From positions 26,288,001-26,352,000 of the forward strand of contig NC_047026.1 in NCBI RefSeq assembly GCF_902652985.1: a DNA stretch of 64,000 bases. The letters are read 5' to 3'. Source of the stretch: Pecten maximus. Taxonomy: Eukaryota. The notes beneath the pieces were generated by a model. The model saw nothing but the letters and a program-made list of their open reading frames with translations, did no database searches and was not told where the DNA came from. Positions 13,761 through 26,466 of this stretch are shown here, one piece after another. Position 1 is the first letter of the stretch. Each line of letters begins with the position of its first letter. A program made the position numbers and the translations under genes.

Positions 13761-14867
13761 AACGAACCCGTTACACTGTAAGAACTTTTTATTTGACTTC
13801 ATTCTGTAATTAATTTACTAACACCACCTCTGACCCAGTTAACGTGTGTTCGTATGTTGTGTGGAGATCTTTGGTCAGTCTCTAGATGCCCTTTTAAGAA
13901 GGGAGATATAGACATCAATATGTAAGGATCGCGTGTCTACGTTTCCAGTTCAAAGGGTAACTTCAGTGTAAGTCTAAAGAGGAAGTGTATCATGACGTCA
14001 GACTGAACGGCACAATCGGTACAGCCGATCTAATTGTAGGGAGTCGCGCCGTGCAGTATATTATTGATACGTCTGTACATAGATTCACTGCCGGGAGAGA
14101 GAAACCGTCGGGAGAAGGAGGGAGTATGTATACAATAGGCACACAAAGACAATCTCAAAGAGATTCCGGACGGCTAATTAGCCCGAAGTATGAGGGTGTG
14201 TATGTATCGAGGCTATTGCTATGGAAATGACGTCACTAGTATTAGCGTACAGGACAGACGTCATCGATTATGTCCTATCGAGCCTCTATCAACAATGTCA
14301 ATATTACAGACAAACTTTGTGATACCTACCGAGCTATCTTGTGTGAAGCAATGAGTAAATAATCAGCTTTAACATTCACAGGCGTCCCACAAATGATATA
14401 TATCTCTTTGATACGGATTGTCTGTCTAGCCAGGCCTGTGAGTAGTACGATTGATCTATGTTGTTCTGGGGTGCGAGATTCTTACCTCGACGACATATGA
14501 CAATTCGTATTTAGCAGTCCCATCAGTTGATTCTGTCGTGTTTTTTTGTGCTGAGCTGACAAGACAGATCGAAGTAACTGCAATACCGCGAAAATAAACT
14601 CGTACAATTCAACAAAGGGAAATGAACAATGTACATACTGTATTTCAAAATTGTATACTTAATCTTTGCCAGAGTTGGTGAACTCTCATTCAATGTCCTT
14701 GTGTATCTATAAGTTTCCTCGCAGCATGTCTCCTTAAGCAGGTAAACACTTCCCTCCTTCACAATCATAATTCAGTCATTACTAATGTTGCTTTCATATC
14801 TTCTAGAATAGTTCACCTAGCCGGATACAGCAGAATTTAACAATAAATTGGCTGATATAACAACGCT

Positions 14868-15725
14868 GAGGACAGCTTCGTCTTCAGTTGTCTATAGAAC
14901 GCTGGTTTGTTGAACCTTACCGGGACAGCTTTGTCTTCAGGTGTCTATAGAACGCTTATTTGTAGAACCATACAGTGATAGCTTCGTCTTCAGGTGTCTA
15001 TAGAACGCTGGTTTGTTGAACCATACCGTGATAGCTTCGTCTTCAGGTGTCTATAGAACGCTGGTTTGTAGAACCATACCAGGACAGCTTCGTCTTCAGT
15101 TGTCTATAGAACGCTGGTTTGTTGAACCATACCAGGACAGCTTCGTCTTCAGTTGTCTATCGAACGCTTGTTTGTAGAACCATACCAGGACAGCTTCGTC
15201 TTCAGGTGTCTATAGAACGCTGGTTTGTTGAACCATACCAGGACAGCTTCGTCTTCAGTTGTCTATCGAACGCTTGTTTGTAGAACCATACCAGGACAGC
15301 TTCGTCTTCAGTTGTCTATAGAACGCTTGTTTGTAGAACCATACCGGGGATAGCTTCGTCTTCAGTTGTCTATAGAACGCTGGTTTGTAGAACCATACCA
15401 GGACAGCTTCGTCTTCAGGTGTCTATAGAACGCTGGTTTGTAGAACTGGGACAGCTTCGTCTTCAGGTGTCTATAGAACGCTGGTTTGTAGAACCATACC
15501 GGGACAGCTTCGTCTTCAGGTGTCTATAGAACGCTGGTTTGTAGAACTGGGACAGCTTCGTCTTCAGGTGTCTATAGAACGCTGGTTTGTTCAACCATAC
15601 CAGGACAGCTTCGTCTTCAGTTGTCTATAGAACGTTGGTTTGTTGAACCATACTGGGGCATATTCCTCTTCAGTTCTCTATGGAACTCTGATTTGTACAA
15701 CCAGACTGGGACATTTTCGTCTTAA
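14868..15725. repeat. Minisatellite, 53-bp unit
   Basis: GGACAGCTTCGTCTTCAG(G/T)TGTCTATAGAACGCTGGTTTGTAGAACCATACCA. Confidence 0.95.
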
Positions 15726-15729
15726 GGTC

Positions 15730-17120
15730 TCTAGAAAGCGCTGGTTTGTAGTACACATTGGCACATTTTTACCATCAGATCCCTAGAGAGCGCTGGTTTG
15801 TAGTACACATTGGCACATTTTTACCATCAGATCCCTAGAGAGCGCCCGTTTGTAGTACACATTGGTACATTTTTGACGTCAGATCCCTAGAGAACGCTGG
15901 CCTGTAGTACACATTGGCGTATTTTTGCCGTCAGATCCCTAGAGAGCGCTGGTTTGTAGTACACATTGGCGTATTTTTGCCGTCAGATCCCTAGAGAGCG
16001 CTGGTTTGTAGTACACATTGGCGTATTTTTGCCGTCAGATCCCTAGAGAGCGCTGGTTTGTAGTACACATTGGCGTATTTTTGCCGTCAGATCCCTAGAG
16101 AGCGCTGGTTTGTAGTACACATTGGCGTATTTTTGCCGTCAGATCCCTAGAGAGCGCTGGTTTGTAGTACACATTGGTACATTTTTACCATCAGATCCCT
16201 AGAGAACGCTGGTTTGTAGTACATATTGGTACATTTTTACCATCAGATCCCTAGAGAGCGCTGGTTTGTAGTACACATTGGTACATTTTTACCATCAGAT
16301 TCCTAGAGAGCGCTGGTTTGTAGTACACATTGGCGTATTTTTGCCGTCAGATCCCTAGAGAGCGCTGGTTTGTAGTACACATTGGCGTATTTTTGCCGTC
16401 AGATCCCTAGAGAGCGCTGGTTTATAGTACATATTGGTACAATGTACATTTTTACCGTCAGATCTCTAGAGAGCGCTGGTTTGTAGTACACATTGGTACA
16501 TTTTTGACGTCAGATCCCTAGAGAGCGCTGGTTTGTAGTACACATTGGTACAATGTACATTTTTGCCGTCAGATCCCTAGAGAGCGCTGGTTTATAGTAC
16601 ACATTGGTACAATGTACATTTTTGACGTCAGATCCCTAGAGAGCGCTGGTTTGTAGTACACATTGGTACATTTTTACCGTCAGATCTCTAGAGAGCGCTG
16701 GTTTGTAGTACACATTGGTACATTTTTGCCGTCAGATCCCTAGAGAGCGCTGGTTTGTAGTACACATTGGTACATTTTTACCGTCAGATCTCTAGAGAGC
16801 GCTGGTTTGTAGTACACATTGGTACATTTTTGACGTCAGATCCCTAGAGAGCGCTGGTTTGTAGTACACATTGGTACAATGTACATTTTTGCCGTCAGAT
16901 CCCTAGAGAGCGCTGGTTTGTAGTACACATTGGTACAATGTACATTTTTGACGTCAGATCCCTAGAGAAGCTGGTTTTTAGTACACATTGGTACAATGTA
17001 CATTTTTGCCGTCAGATCACTAGAGAGCGCTGGTTTATAGTACACATTGGTACATTTTTGCCGTCAGATCCCTAGACAACGTTGGCCTGAAGTACAACAT
17101 TAGGGAGATTTTCGTCATCA
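15730..17120. repeat. Minisatellite, 52-bp unit (related to the adjacent 53-bp array)
   Basis: GAGAGCGCTGGTTTGTAGTACACATTGGCGTATTTTTGCCGTCAGATCCCTA; later units carry a short GTACAAT duplication. Confidence 0.95.
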
Positions 17121-18033
17121 GTCCTATGTACCGCACATTATATGTGTACATTGGAAATGCATTTTTGTTTTCATTTTTCGAGATCAATTCTTAGCCCGTG
17201 TTTTATGCGTACAATGAATTCCCCGAGGAAAGTTATTAATAAATAATTTCACATTAGACCCAATTTAATTTCATTACCTTGCCATCTCCCCTTGATCAAT
17301 TCGTTCACCAATTGTTCTTTATTGAAATAAAAGCCCACCTGTGCACAGAAGTGAAGCGCGGCTACATATAGTCATTAAAAATTGATTTACATTTCTTTCA
17401 TTTAATCTGACTAATGCATTTTCAACGTAATTTAATACGTGTTAATATTGGTCTGTTGTCTCCTTTAATCTGTATTTCAACAGTTAAATTTTGTACGACT
17501 ATATCAATTTGCATAGTTTTATGATGTCACGGAAAGTAATATGACATATGACTGCAAATTTCAATATTTAAAAAAATCTTTTTCTGATATAGATATCAAT
17601 GTATGATATATGATTTCATTAGTCTGCCTTAAGATGACCTAGTGTAAACCCTATTGGTTTATACTCTATTGACGCAATACAAAGGTTTGTATAGTTCACT
17701 TCATCCGTTCGCGAACCAGTGGGTAGTGTTAGTCTGAAGACTGGCTCGACAGTCACTATAAAGTGTCGCAAGGCCAACAGGGAGAGCAAAATGGGGTGGC
17801 AATCGGAAACCATACTCGGGTGTTTCCGTTTTCTTGTTTTCCGAATGTGAAAACAGTTCCTGATTCCTGGAAATATATATATCAAAGTAATGTGAGCGAA
17901 AATACTTGTATGATATTGGTTGTGTATGTCATGTATACTTCAAGTAGGTAATTAAGTTGAAGGATAATCATCCCTTCGTCACAAAGTAAAATCGCTCCAT
18001 CTCCTGTTAACCGACGGTTAACAACTATCTTAC

Positions 18034-18290
18034 ACACCCGTGAAACAGTTGGTTAACCATCCAACTCGACACCCGTGAAACAGTTGGATAACCGTCCAAA
18101 TAGACACCCAAGAAACAGTTGGTTAACCGTCCAAATGGACACCCAAGAAACAATTAGTTAACCGTCCAAATGGACACCCGTGAAACAATTGGTTAACCGT
18201 CCAAATGGACACCCAAGAAACAGTTGGTTAACCGTCCAAATGGACACCCGTGAAACAGTTGGAGAACCGTCCAAATGGAGACAGGTGAAA
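18034..18290. repeat. Minisatellite, 35-bp unit
   Basis: ACACCCGTGAAACAGTTGGTTAACCGTCCAAATGG, about 7 copies. Confidence 0.92.
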
Positions 18291-18914
18291 ATATTGCAAT
18301 GCTTTTCCGTCTAACTAATTTGAAATAAGAAATATGTTTGTTCTTGGAAACATGGTCCCGAGTGGGGGGAACACTTGTACTACATTATGTACAGACAGTT
18401 CAATCATTCCCCGAGGATATTTAACACATACGCAGCAATACATCAAGGCTAGCTGATATGATCAACGACCAATCTTCAATATGGATACTTTATCATGAAA
18501 CACAATTTATCTATCAAGTTTTGTCAACACTAGACCGCTGAGTCTCGACTTGAGGATACCCGGTCTCCTCGCGTGTAACGCCACTCACCACACGGGGGAA
18601 ATTATAGCTACATTATACATAGCTGTCGACCGAGCATGATTTTTGTATGAGAGTGTTGAACGAGTGATAGACCTCATGTTAGTATTGATATTGATGATTG
18701 ATATGTTAATTATCTATGATGGTGGGTGTCGTGGGGGATTTTCCGCTCCCAGATAGTCCGTAATTATACACAATGATATTTTTTCATCAAAAAGATCTGG
18801 TAATAAATTATTCTCTTTAAAATCGAACTTTCCAACAGGTAAATCAAGATTGTCAGTTTTGTGTAAGATAGTCGGACCAGATGATTTTCGGACGTCTACT
18901 TTGGTCAGGTTTCC

Positions 18915-19158
18915 AGTCTGGTGATAGGGTCAGGGGATACTCGGGACTATACCAGACGTCCGTCGTCACGTCTGGTAGAATTTTCGGACATCCAACATTC
19001 GTCACGTCTCCACTGGTGGTCAGGGACCAGACATTTTACTGTCCCCACGTCTGAGGTAGGACTGTATTCTGTTATCAAGATGCTGGTCTGGCAGCAGCAG
19101 GGTCGGGGGATACTCAGGCTACACCAGACATCCACCTTCACGTCGCTAGTCTGGTAGA
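18915..19158. repeat. Diverged, inverted copies of the 60-bp repeat at 3080-3742
   Basis: GTCTGGTGATAGGGTCAGGGGATACTCGGGACTATACCAGAC and GTCTGGCAGCAGCAGGGTCGGGGGATACTCAGGCTACACCAGACATC match the reverse complement of the 3-kb unit. Confidence 0.75.
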
Positions 19159-21479
19159 AGTACAGTTTTATAGTTAGGTACATTTGATGTAGTAGAAATA
19201 TTCACCGTGGTTATTGTGATGATGAGAAGATCTATAGATATAAACGGTGCAGCTGTCGGATTGGGATCGTCGATATTCCAAACTGTCTATTGTACACATA
19301 ATGACACTGCCATTTTATTTCAATGCCTTCTCTTACAAAAAACATTTAAATCATCAACCCTTAAGTTATAAAAAAAACTAACCCACAGTAATATACTGCA
19401 TTTTATTATGGAGAGCCGCTATTCTGATTCCCGTCGTTGTCTATCGGTGTGTCATCCGGACATCAAATATTTACATCCGATGTTCTTTAGCTAACAAGGC
19501 AACACGCCGTAACCACACACATACCTAAGATGAAATCAAATATTTTAATAAGTTACAATCAATCGATTTATCAGTGATGAAAACATTGATAAGGATATGT
19601 TCGAAATGACCGGAAAAAAATACCCACAAACAAAGCATCGACAACTTGACATGTACCTATAAATGTAACAAAAATAATAACAAAGAAGTTTTTGTCAAAC
19701 TAACAATACATTTCCAACCGTGTTACTGAATTCTCCATTAAAATTCATAATGAATGCGTCAATGCAAATGAGTGACAAAACAACCCATTAACAATCTAAG
19801 AATGCATTAAAAATTAATGAGTTGCCTCGGGGATTTAAATATGCAGTGTAAGAGGCGCTGCATTTCCTTGAAAATCCCGTACTTATTCACGTGCTAGGAT
19901 TCGTAAATCGACGTGTTGTCTAGATAAAAAATGAAAATTGCAGGCTATATCTGAGCGAGGTGTAATTTTATACAGAGAAATAATGCGTGATCCTGGTTAA
20001 TAAAGGGAGATAAATAATGGATATAAATGAGAGCATTATCTTGTGGAACTATATGCCGTGACAAACAAACATTCGCCTGACCTCAGCAGCTGAGACTATG
20101 ACGAGTATGGAACGAACTTCACCACCAATTCTGTAACAAACGATGGCGTTGTTTTATCTAAACCCAGCTATACTGACTGTGTAGTGAAATATAAGGCAAT
20201 CTAGTAACAAAATATATCAAAATCATAATTTAGTCATCAACCTAAAATTTGATACAATTTTGATGGAAAATTGATATTAAATCATATATGTAATTCATAA
20301 ATACAAATACACCGACATGAATTTAACAGGAATTTCGCGCACATGGGCTTGACCCTGAATGAATGAATGCCTGATATCAAAGTTACAATCGACGTTACAC
20401 ATAACTATCAGAAAATGTGCTCAAGGTCATTGGAACTTCTTTAAAAACCCAAATTAAGTTTTACATAAATAATGACATGCTGTTTAATATCACTTCACCT
20501 TGTAATTGTGACCCCATTATGTGTAAAATATCAGTGTGACGTCATAATTAAGACAATGCGTTTGGCGTCATGATTTTGTGACGTCACACCAAAGACAATG
20601 TTTATTATTTAAAAAAAACCGTTCACTCTGTTTCCAATTTATATTTATATTACATTTTGCAATTAAAACGATTTTTTTCTCCATGGCTTTTTCAGGGTCA
20701 ACAGTGAGGTTGGTTTATTTCATTCTCTCGTTTGAATGCCTCTTTAATTAAAAGTTCAGTGCTCATAGTTCATGCCACTATTTCAGGGCACATATAATCC
20801 TGCTAAAGTAGTTGGTTGTGAGAATGTTACAAACATGCCTATAACATGTTTATAACATATTGATCGTAAATACAAAACGCCCGGACGCCACATATCACGT
20901 GCGGTCAGCCATGAAGGTCTTTGGCCTTGGCCACTAGAGTGATATTAACAGTGACAGCTGTATAGGTGCTGGACACATAAACCCTATTCAGTGCCAAGTC
21001 CGTGTTATTTATTCTTTTTTTCTGATTCAGAATAACGAGAAATGAAACGTATATTATATCCCTCCTACTATCTACAATAATCAGGGATTCGGTCGAGTAT
21101 ATCAATTTCGCTCAGTTCCAACGATAGCTTGATATCGCCATGATCAAGGAATAATATCACATCTTCCACTCAAATTTGAATATATTCATGCATTTAAACT
21201 ATGCATTTCTCCCTAATAATCAGGTAACATGGATATTTCACACAGAGTAGCGAGTCAGTAGTATCCACCGCCGGAGTTAAAGTATAACATGTCATAATCT
21301 AATCGGGCCAAGGCATTCATAGGTGATATGAATGGCATCTGATTTCTTTACGGTTATACAGTGGCAATATATTTCTGTGATCCATAATGCTTATTTTCAG
21401 AATGTAATCTATACACTTTCTACTAAAGAAAACTACACCACAGAGAGAGAGAGAAATAGGGTAGGGGGCTGACACAGTT

Positions 21480-21960
21480 GTGGCTGGTCTTCCTATTTTC
21501 ACTAGTCGAAAAGTTTATATTATGAGATTGGATGGGAGCTCCAGAAAAATTACATTATTTTACAAAATACATAATAGCCTTGCCCCTTCCTATTTACATG
21601 GTAGTGTGTCTAATCAAATACATATGGGTGTTGGCAATTGTAATTTGAGGAATGAAAACAATTATATTATCCCAAGAAAAAGATTAACTTTATTTGAAAT
21701 ATAAACTATACCCGATACAATTAAACTTTGGAATAATCTCGATGTTTAAACCCGATCATGTGATACTGTTTCTATATTTAGATGTAAAATTTCTTTGCGA
21801 GGGGGATGTTCTAAGTTTTTTTTTCTGAATGGAGTTCCTTAAGTGCCGAGTTTAAACGTATAAATCGGATTCAGTCGCCCCAGTGTAGATGTTTTCATGT
21901 CGTAGAAAATGTGGAAACATTATTTGTGAGAATATCCCTATTGATTCTATAAAATGTCTT
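21480..21960 (+). mobile_element. Decayed CR1-type LINE ORF2 C-terminal fragment
   Basis: GLPIFTSR...RKITLFYKIHNSLAPSYL...NLRNENNYIIPRKRLTLF...IPDTIKLWNNL...SLSAEFKRINRIQSPQCRC, with stops and frameshifts. Confidence 0.8.
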
Positions 21961-22184
21961 AAAACACAAACTTGTGAATGACATAAATGTAACGAAGTTC
22001 TGACAGTCACGCTTTCTGAAAACGAAAAATATTCTGTATTTTTATCAGACTTTATTTATTAGGCATTCTAAATTAGTACTATGGAGACACAGTGGACCGC
22101 ATCCCAAACTACAGGTAGACTAGAGCTCGGAATTACCGGGAACAGTGGGTGTGGTACATACTCGAAGGAATTTTGTGTTTCATA

Positions 22185-22329
22185 TGGTGGCTCGTTAGGG
22201 CCAAATATCAAATCTCACATTCTCTCGAAAACGCGAGAATGCGAAAACGCGACGGCGAAAGTGCGTTTTCCCTTCGCGTTTTCGCATTCTCGCGTCGCGA
22301 GATTGATATTTGGCCCTAACGAGCCCCCA
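22185..22329. mobile_element. MITE (internally deleted DNA transposon), almost wholly palindromic
   Basis: TIRs TGGTGGCTCGTTAGGGCCAAATATCAA / TTGATATTTGGCCCTAACGAGCCCCCA and inner inverted repeat CGCGAGAATGCGAAAACGCGA / TCGCGTTTTCGCATTCTCGCG. Confidence 0.8.
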
Positions 22330-23219
22330 AGGTTTCAGGATGTTTCAATCGCTCTCTGGTCTACTGTGTCGACTAGCTATCATAGTTCAAACTAATATGT
22401 TTATTTCTGTTATTACTTGTACATCACTTATACTCCCTATGTTATTGACTGAACTTTAATTATTGTAAAAATCTATCGTGTCATTAATTTATCAGTATAC
22501 ATTTAAATACATCAGTATATTGTATATGAACATACATTTTATACAGACACGTGGGTACACTTACTACATAATACGATATATATTTTGTAAATCTTAACTT
22601 ATAGGTAAATTTTGACATTTTTTATAATCATTGTCTTTTCTCTATAATTTGCGATATATTTCATCATTTAAGTTTTACGGGAGCCGACGGATAATAAGTC
22701 CTTACACTTTTAACCTGGCCATCGGCGTCAGTCCAGTCCATTCCGCTACACTCGACGCCACGAGTTATGCTATCTGACATCTTAGTGTCATCTAAATAGG
22801 AAATCCTGTGATATGTTTAAAGCTTATGAATCCCTTGCCTCCCTTATGTCTTATTTGTGTAATATTATTCACAGCCGCCATTTGCTTTTCAGAGTCAAAA
22901 CAATATAAGTGTTTTTACGTACATAAAGTCCAACCAGGTCAAAGAAGTGCACCTGTTGTGTGTTATAGACACTTGTGAGCACGACAGCATGGTTAACAGT
23001 TGGGTTTGACAATTTGTGTGACTAATAATCATCCCCTGCTACATCTTCCCACTAAGTCACTCTACATAAGAAATTGTATATATAGCAAATTATTGGTGAT
23101 TTTGAGAAACTACATGTCCAGACTAACATTTTGGTATATTACATGACTGGTATTGTACAAATTTGTAGATATTTCTTCGTTTTTAAATTTCACCATTAAT
23201 CAGGGTCCCCGACCAACAT

Positions 23220-23708
23220 CTCGTTACTAACGTGTCACATGTTCGGATAGTGCCCTCGCCTTTCTCGTTACTAACGTGTCACATGTTCGGATAGTGCCCT
23301 CGCCTTTCTCGTTACTAACGTTTCACATGGTCGGATAGTGTCCTCGCCTTTCTCGTTACTAACGTTTCACATGGTCGGATAGTGTCCTCGCCTTTCTCGT
23401 TACTAACGTTTCACATGTTCGGATAGTGCCCTCGCCTTTCTCGTTACTAACGTGTCACATGTTCGGATAGTGCCCTCGCCTTTCTCGTTACTAACGTTTC
23501 ACATGATCGGATAGTGCCCTCGCCTTTCTCGTTACTAACGTGTCACATGTTCGGATAGTGCCCTCGCCTTTCTCGTTACTAACGTGTCACATGTTCGGAT
23601 AGTGCCCTCGCCTTTCTCGTTACTAACGTTTCACATGTTCGGATAGTGTCCTCGCCTTTCTCGTTACTAACGTGTCACATGTTCGGATAGTGTCCTCGCC
23701 TTTCTCGT
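23220..23708. repeat. Minisatellite, 44-bp unit
   Basis: TCTCGTTACTAACGT(G/T)TCACATGTTCGGATAGTGCCCTCGCCTT x11. Confidence 0.96.
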
Positions 23709-23958
23709 TGCTTTGATGTATTCGTATCTACATTTACATCTGTCCTCTGTAAAGGACACCTTGTAATCAATACCTTGCTCTCCCTGTTGAACACGGTATC
23801 ATTAGAGTACACGTGCTGAAGGCCACGTAATGACGACTGATGCACGTCAACAACACGTGGTGACGATAATGGTTCAGAGCAGTGGTTGATATATATCGAA
23901 AAGCCAGGACTTTCTTCATCAGTGGAGATCTTGTTCAAGTTGTTTGTAGTCAGCCAAG

Positions 23959-24871
23959 GTCACGAAGACACAAAGACAGTCAAGAAGACAGTCACGAAGA
24001 CAGTCGCGAATACACAAAGACAGTCACGAAGACAGTCGCGAATACACAAAGACAGTCACGAAGACACAAAGACAGTCACGAAGACACAAAGACAGTCACG
24101 AAGACAGTCACGAAGACAGTCGCGAAGACAGTCACGAAGACACAAAGACAGTCACGAAGACACAAAGACAGTCACGAAGACACAAAGACAGTCACACAGA
24201 CAGTCACGAAGACAGTCACGAAGACAGTCACGAAGACATAAAGACAGTCATGAAGACAGTCACGAAGACAGTCACGAAGACAGTCACGAAGAAATTACGA
24301 GGACACGAAGACACGAAGACACAAAGACAGTCACGAAGACACGAAGACACAAAGACAGTCACGAAGACACAAAGACGGTCACGAAGACGCAAAGACAGTC
24401 ACGAAGACAGTCACGAAAACACAAAGACAGTCACGAAGACAGTCACGAAAACAGTCGCGAAGACACAAAGACAGTCACGAAGACAGTCACGCGAAGAAGT
24501 CACGAAGACACAAAGACAGTCACGAAGACACGAAGACAGTCACAAAGACACAAAGACAGTCACGAAGACACAAAGACAGTCACGAAGACACAAAGACAGT
24601 CACGAAGACACAAAGACAGTCACGAAGACAGTCACGAAGACACAAAGACAGTCACGAAGACAGTCACAAAGACAGTCACGAAGACACGAAGACAGTCCAC
24701 AAAGACGCGAAGACAGTCACGAAGACACAAAGACAGTCACGAAGACACAAAGACAGTCACGAAGACAGTCACGAAGACAGTCACGAAGACAGTCACGAAG
24801 ACAGTCACGAAGACAGTCACGAAGACAGTCACGAAGACGCGAAGACAGTCACGAAGACAGTCACGAAGACA
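23959..24871. repeat. Compound minisatellite of interleaved 12-bp (GACAGTCACGAA) and 8-bp (GACACAAA/GACACGAA) units
   Basis: Direct reading; long stop-free stretches in all three + frames explain the repeat ORFs. Confidence 0.95.
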
Positions 24872-25309
24872 CTACCTCGGGGCAATGGGATATTCCATGC
24901 CATTTTAAAAGGGCGTCTTAATGAAATTCTATAACATGGAGAGAGTATCACGGCACACAACTTAAAACTGACACCCTTTATCTCTTCAGCTTAAATGTCA
25001 AGAAGAGGATAGATAACTAAATAACAAATCCTCGTTTGCCTCAGTCATAGGTCAAAAAGCTCACGGCAAAAAAACAGAATTCCAACGCCGAACTGTTGTT
25101 CGCCAACTCCCAGACTTAACTCAGCAATGGCGTCAAAAGGGAGACAAAAATGAAATCTATTTCGTAGTTTGAGTGCTTGTAAATGTCTTATTACATCGTG
25201 AATAGCCAAATGTCAAATACCGATCTTTAGCACTCACATGTACCACAGACGCCCGCAATTAAATTTAAACCAGAAAAGCTGCTGCGATATCTATTCTGTT
25301 CGTCCGTCG

Positions 25310-26123
25310 ATAACAAGGGGTCAAGTTAGGTAGTCAACATTATAACAAGGGGTCAAGTTAGGTAGTCAACATTATAACAAGAGGTCAAGTTAGGTAGTCA
25401 ACATCATAACAAGGGGTCAAAGTTGATAGTCATCATCATAACAAGGGGTCAATGTTGATAGTCAACATCATAACAAGGGGTCAAGGTTGATAGTCAACAT
25501 CATAACAAGGGGTCAATGTTGATAGTCAACATCATAACAAGGGGTCAAGATTGATAGTCATCATCATAACAAGGGGTCAAAGTTGATAGTCATCATCATA
25601 ACAAGGGGTCAATGTTGATAGTCAACATCATAACAAGGGGTCAAGATTGATAGTCAACTTCATAACAAGGGGTCAAAGTTGATAGTCAACATCATAACAA
25701 GGGGTCAAGGTTGATAGTCATCATCATAACAAGGGGTCAAGGTTGATAGTCAACATCATAACAAGGGGTCAAAGTTGATAGTCAACATCATAACAAGGGG
25801 TCAAAGTTGATAGTCATCACCATAACAAGGGGTCAAAGTTGATAGTCAACATCATAACAAGGGGTCAAGGTTGATAGTCAACATCATAACAAGGGGTCAA
25901 GGTTGATAGTCATCATCATAACAAGGGGTCAAGATTGATAGTCAACATCATAACAAGGGGTCAAGATTGATAGTCAACATCATAACAAGGGGTCAAGGTT
26001 GATAGTCAACATCATAACAAGGGGTCAAGGTTGATAGTCATCATCATAACAAGGGGTCAAGATTGATAGTCAACATCATAACAAGGGGTCAAGATTGATA
26101 GTCAACATCATAACAAGGGGTCA
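25310..26123. repeat. Minisatellite, 32-bp unit
   Basis: CATAACAAGGGGTCAAGGTTGATAGTCAACAT, about 25 copies. Confidence 0.96.
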
Positions 26124-26280
26124 GCAGAGATTCCGATATGCCGCGCTTTGTAATATTTGTTATGTACAATATATCTTGATAAAATCAACACATATACACC
26201 AAACAATATACTCCATTGTTTGATGCAAATGACTTCGCGTTATCAATCAAGACTCAAGTGACGGAGAACCTATAAGGTAA

Positions 26281-26466
26281 TTTTTCGGCATAGCCGTATA
26301 ATATTCTTTTGGCCCCTGGATATGACGCGACAGGTGGCGTTACTGGTCAAGATGAAGGATGCAAAATGCTGATATGCAGTTAAAAACGAAACAAAGTTAA
26401 GATTGAATGCAAGCTGAATAAGTGGATGTATCTTTTCAAATGACACATTAATGAAATTATATTCCT
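26281..26466 (+). repeat. Left arm of ~185-bp inverted repeat (partner 31281-31465)
   Basis: TTTTTCGGCATAGCCGTATA...CAGGTGGCGTTACTGGTCAAGATGAAG...GATTGAATGCAAGCTGAATAAGTGGATGTATC...ATATTCCT. Confidence 0.9.

Noticed and set aside
14868-17125. Hammerhead-ribozyme-like cores on the minus strand (CTGAAGACGAAG in units; CTGATGACGAAA near 17110-17120)
   Set aside because: No stem II between CUGANGA and GAAA, and no compatible stems I/III; likely chance
25310-26123. Array of nuclear-receptor half sites (GGGTCA-a-GGTTGA)
   Set aside because: The second half-site varies between units and nothing indicates function
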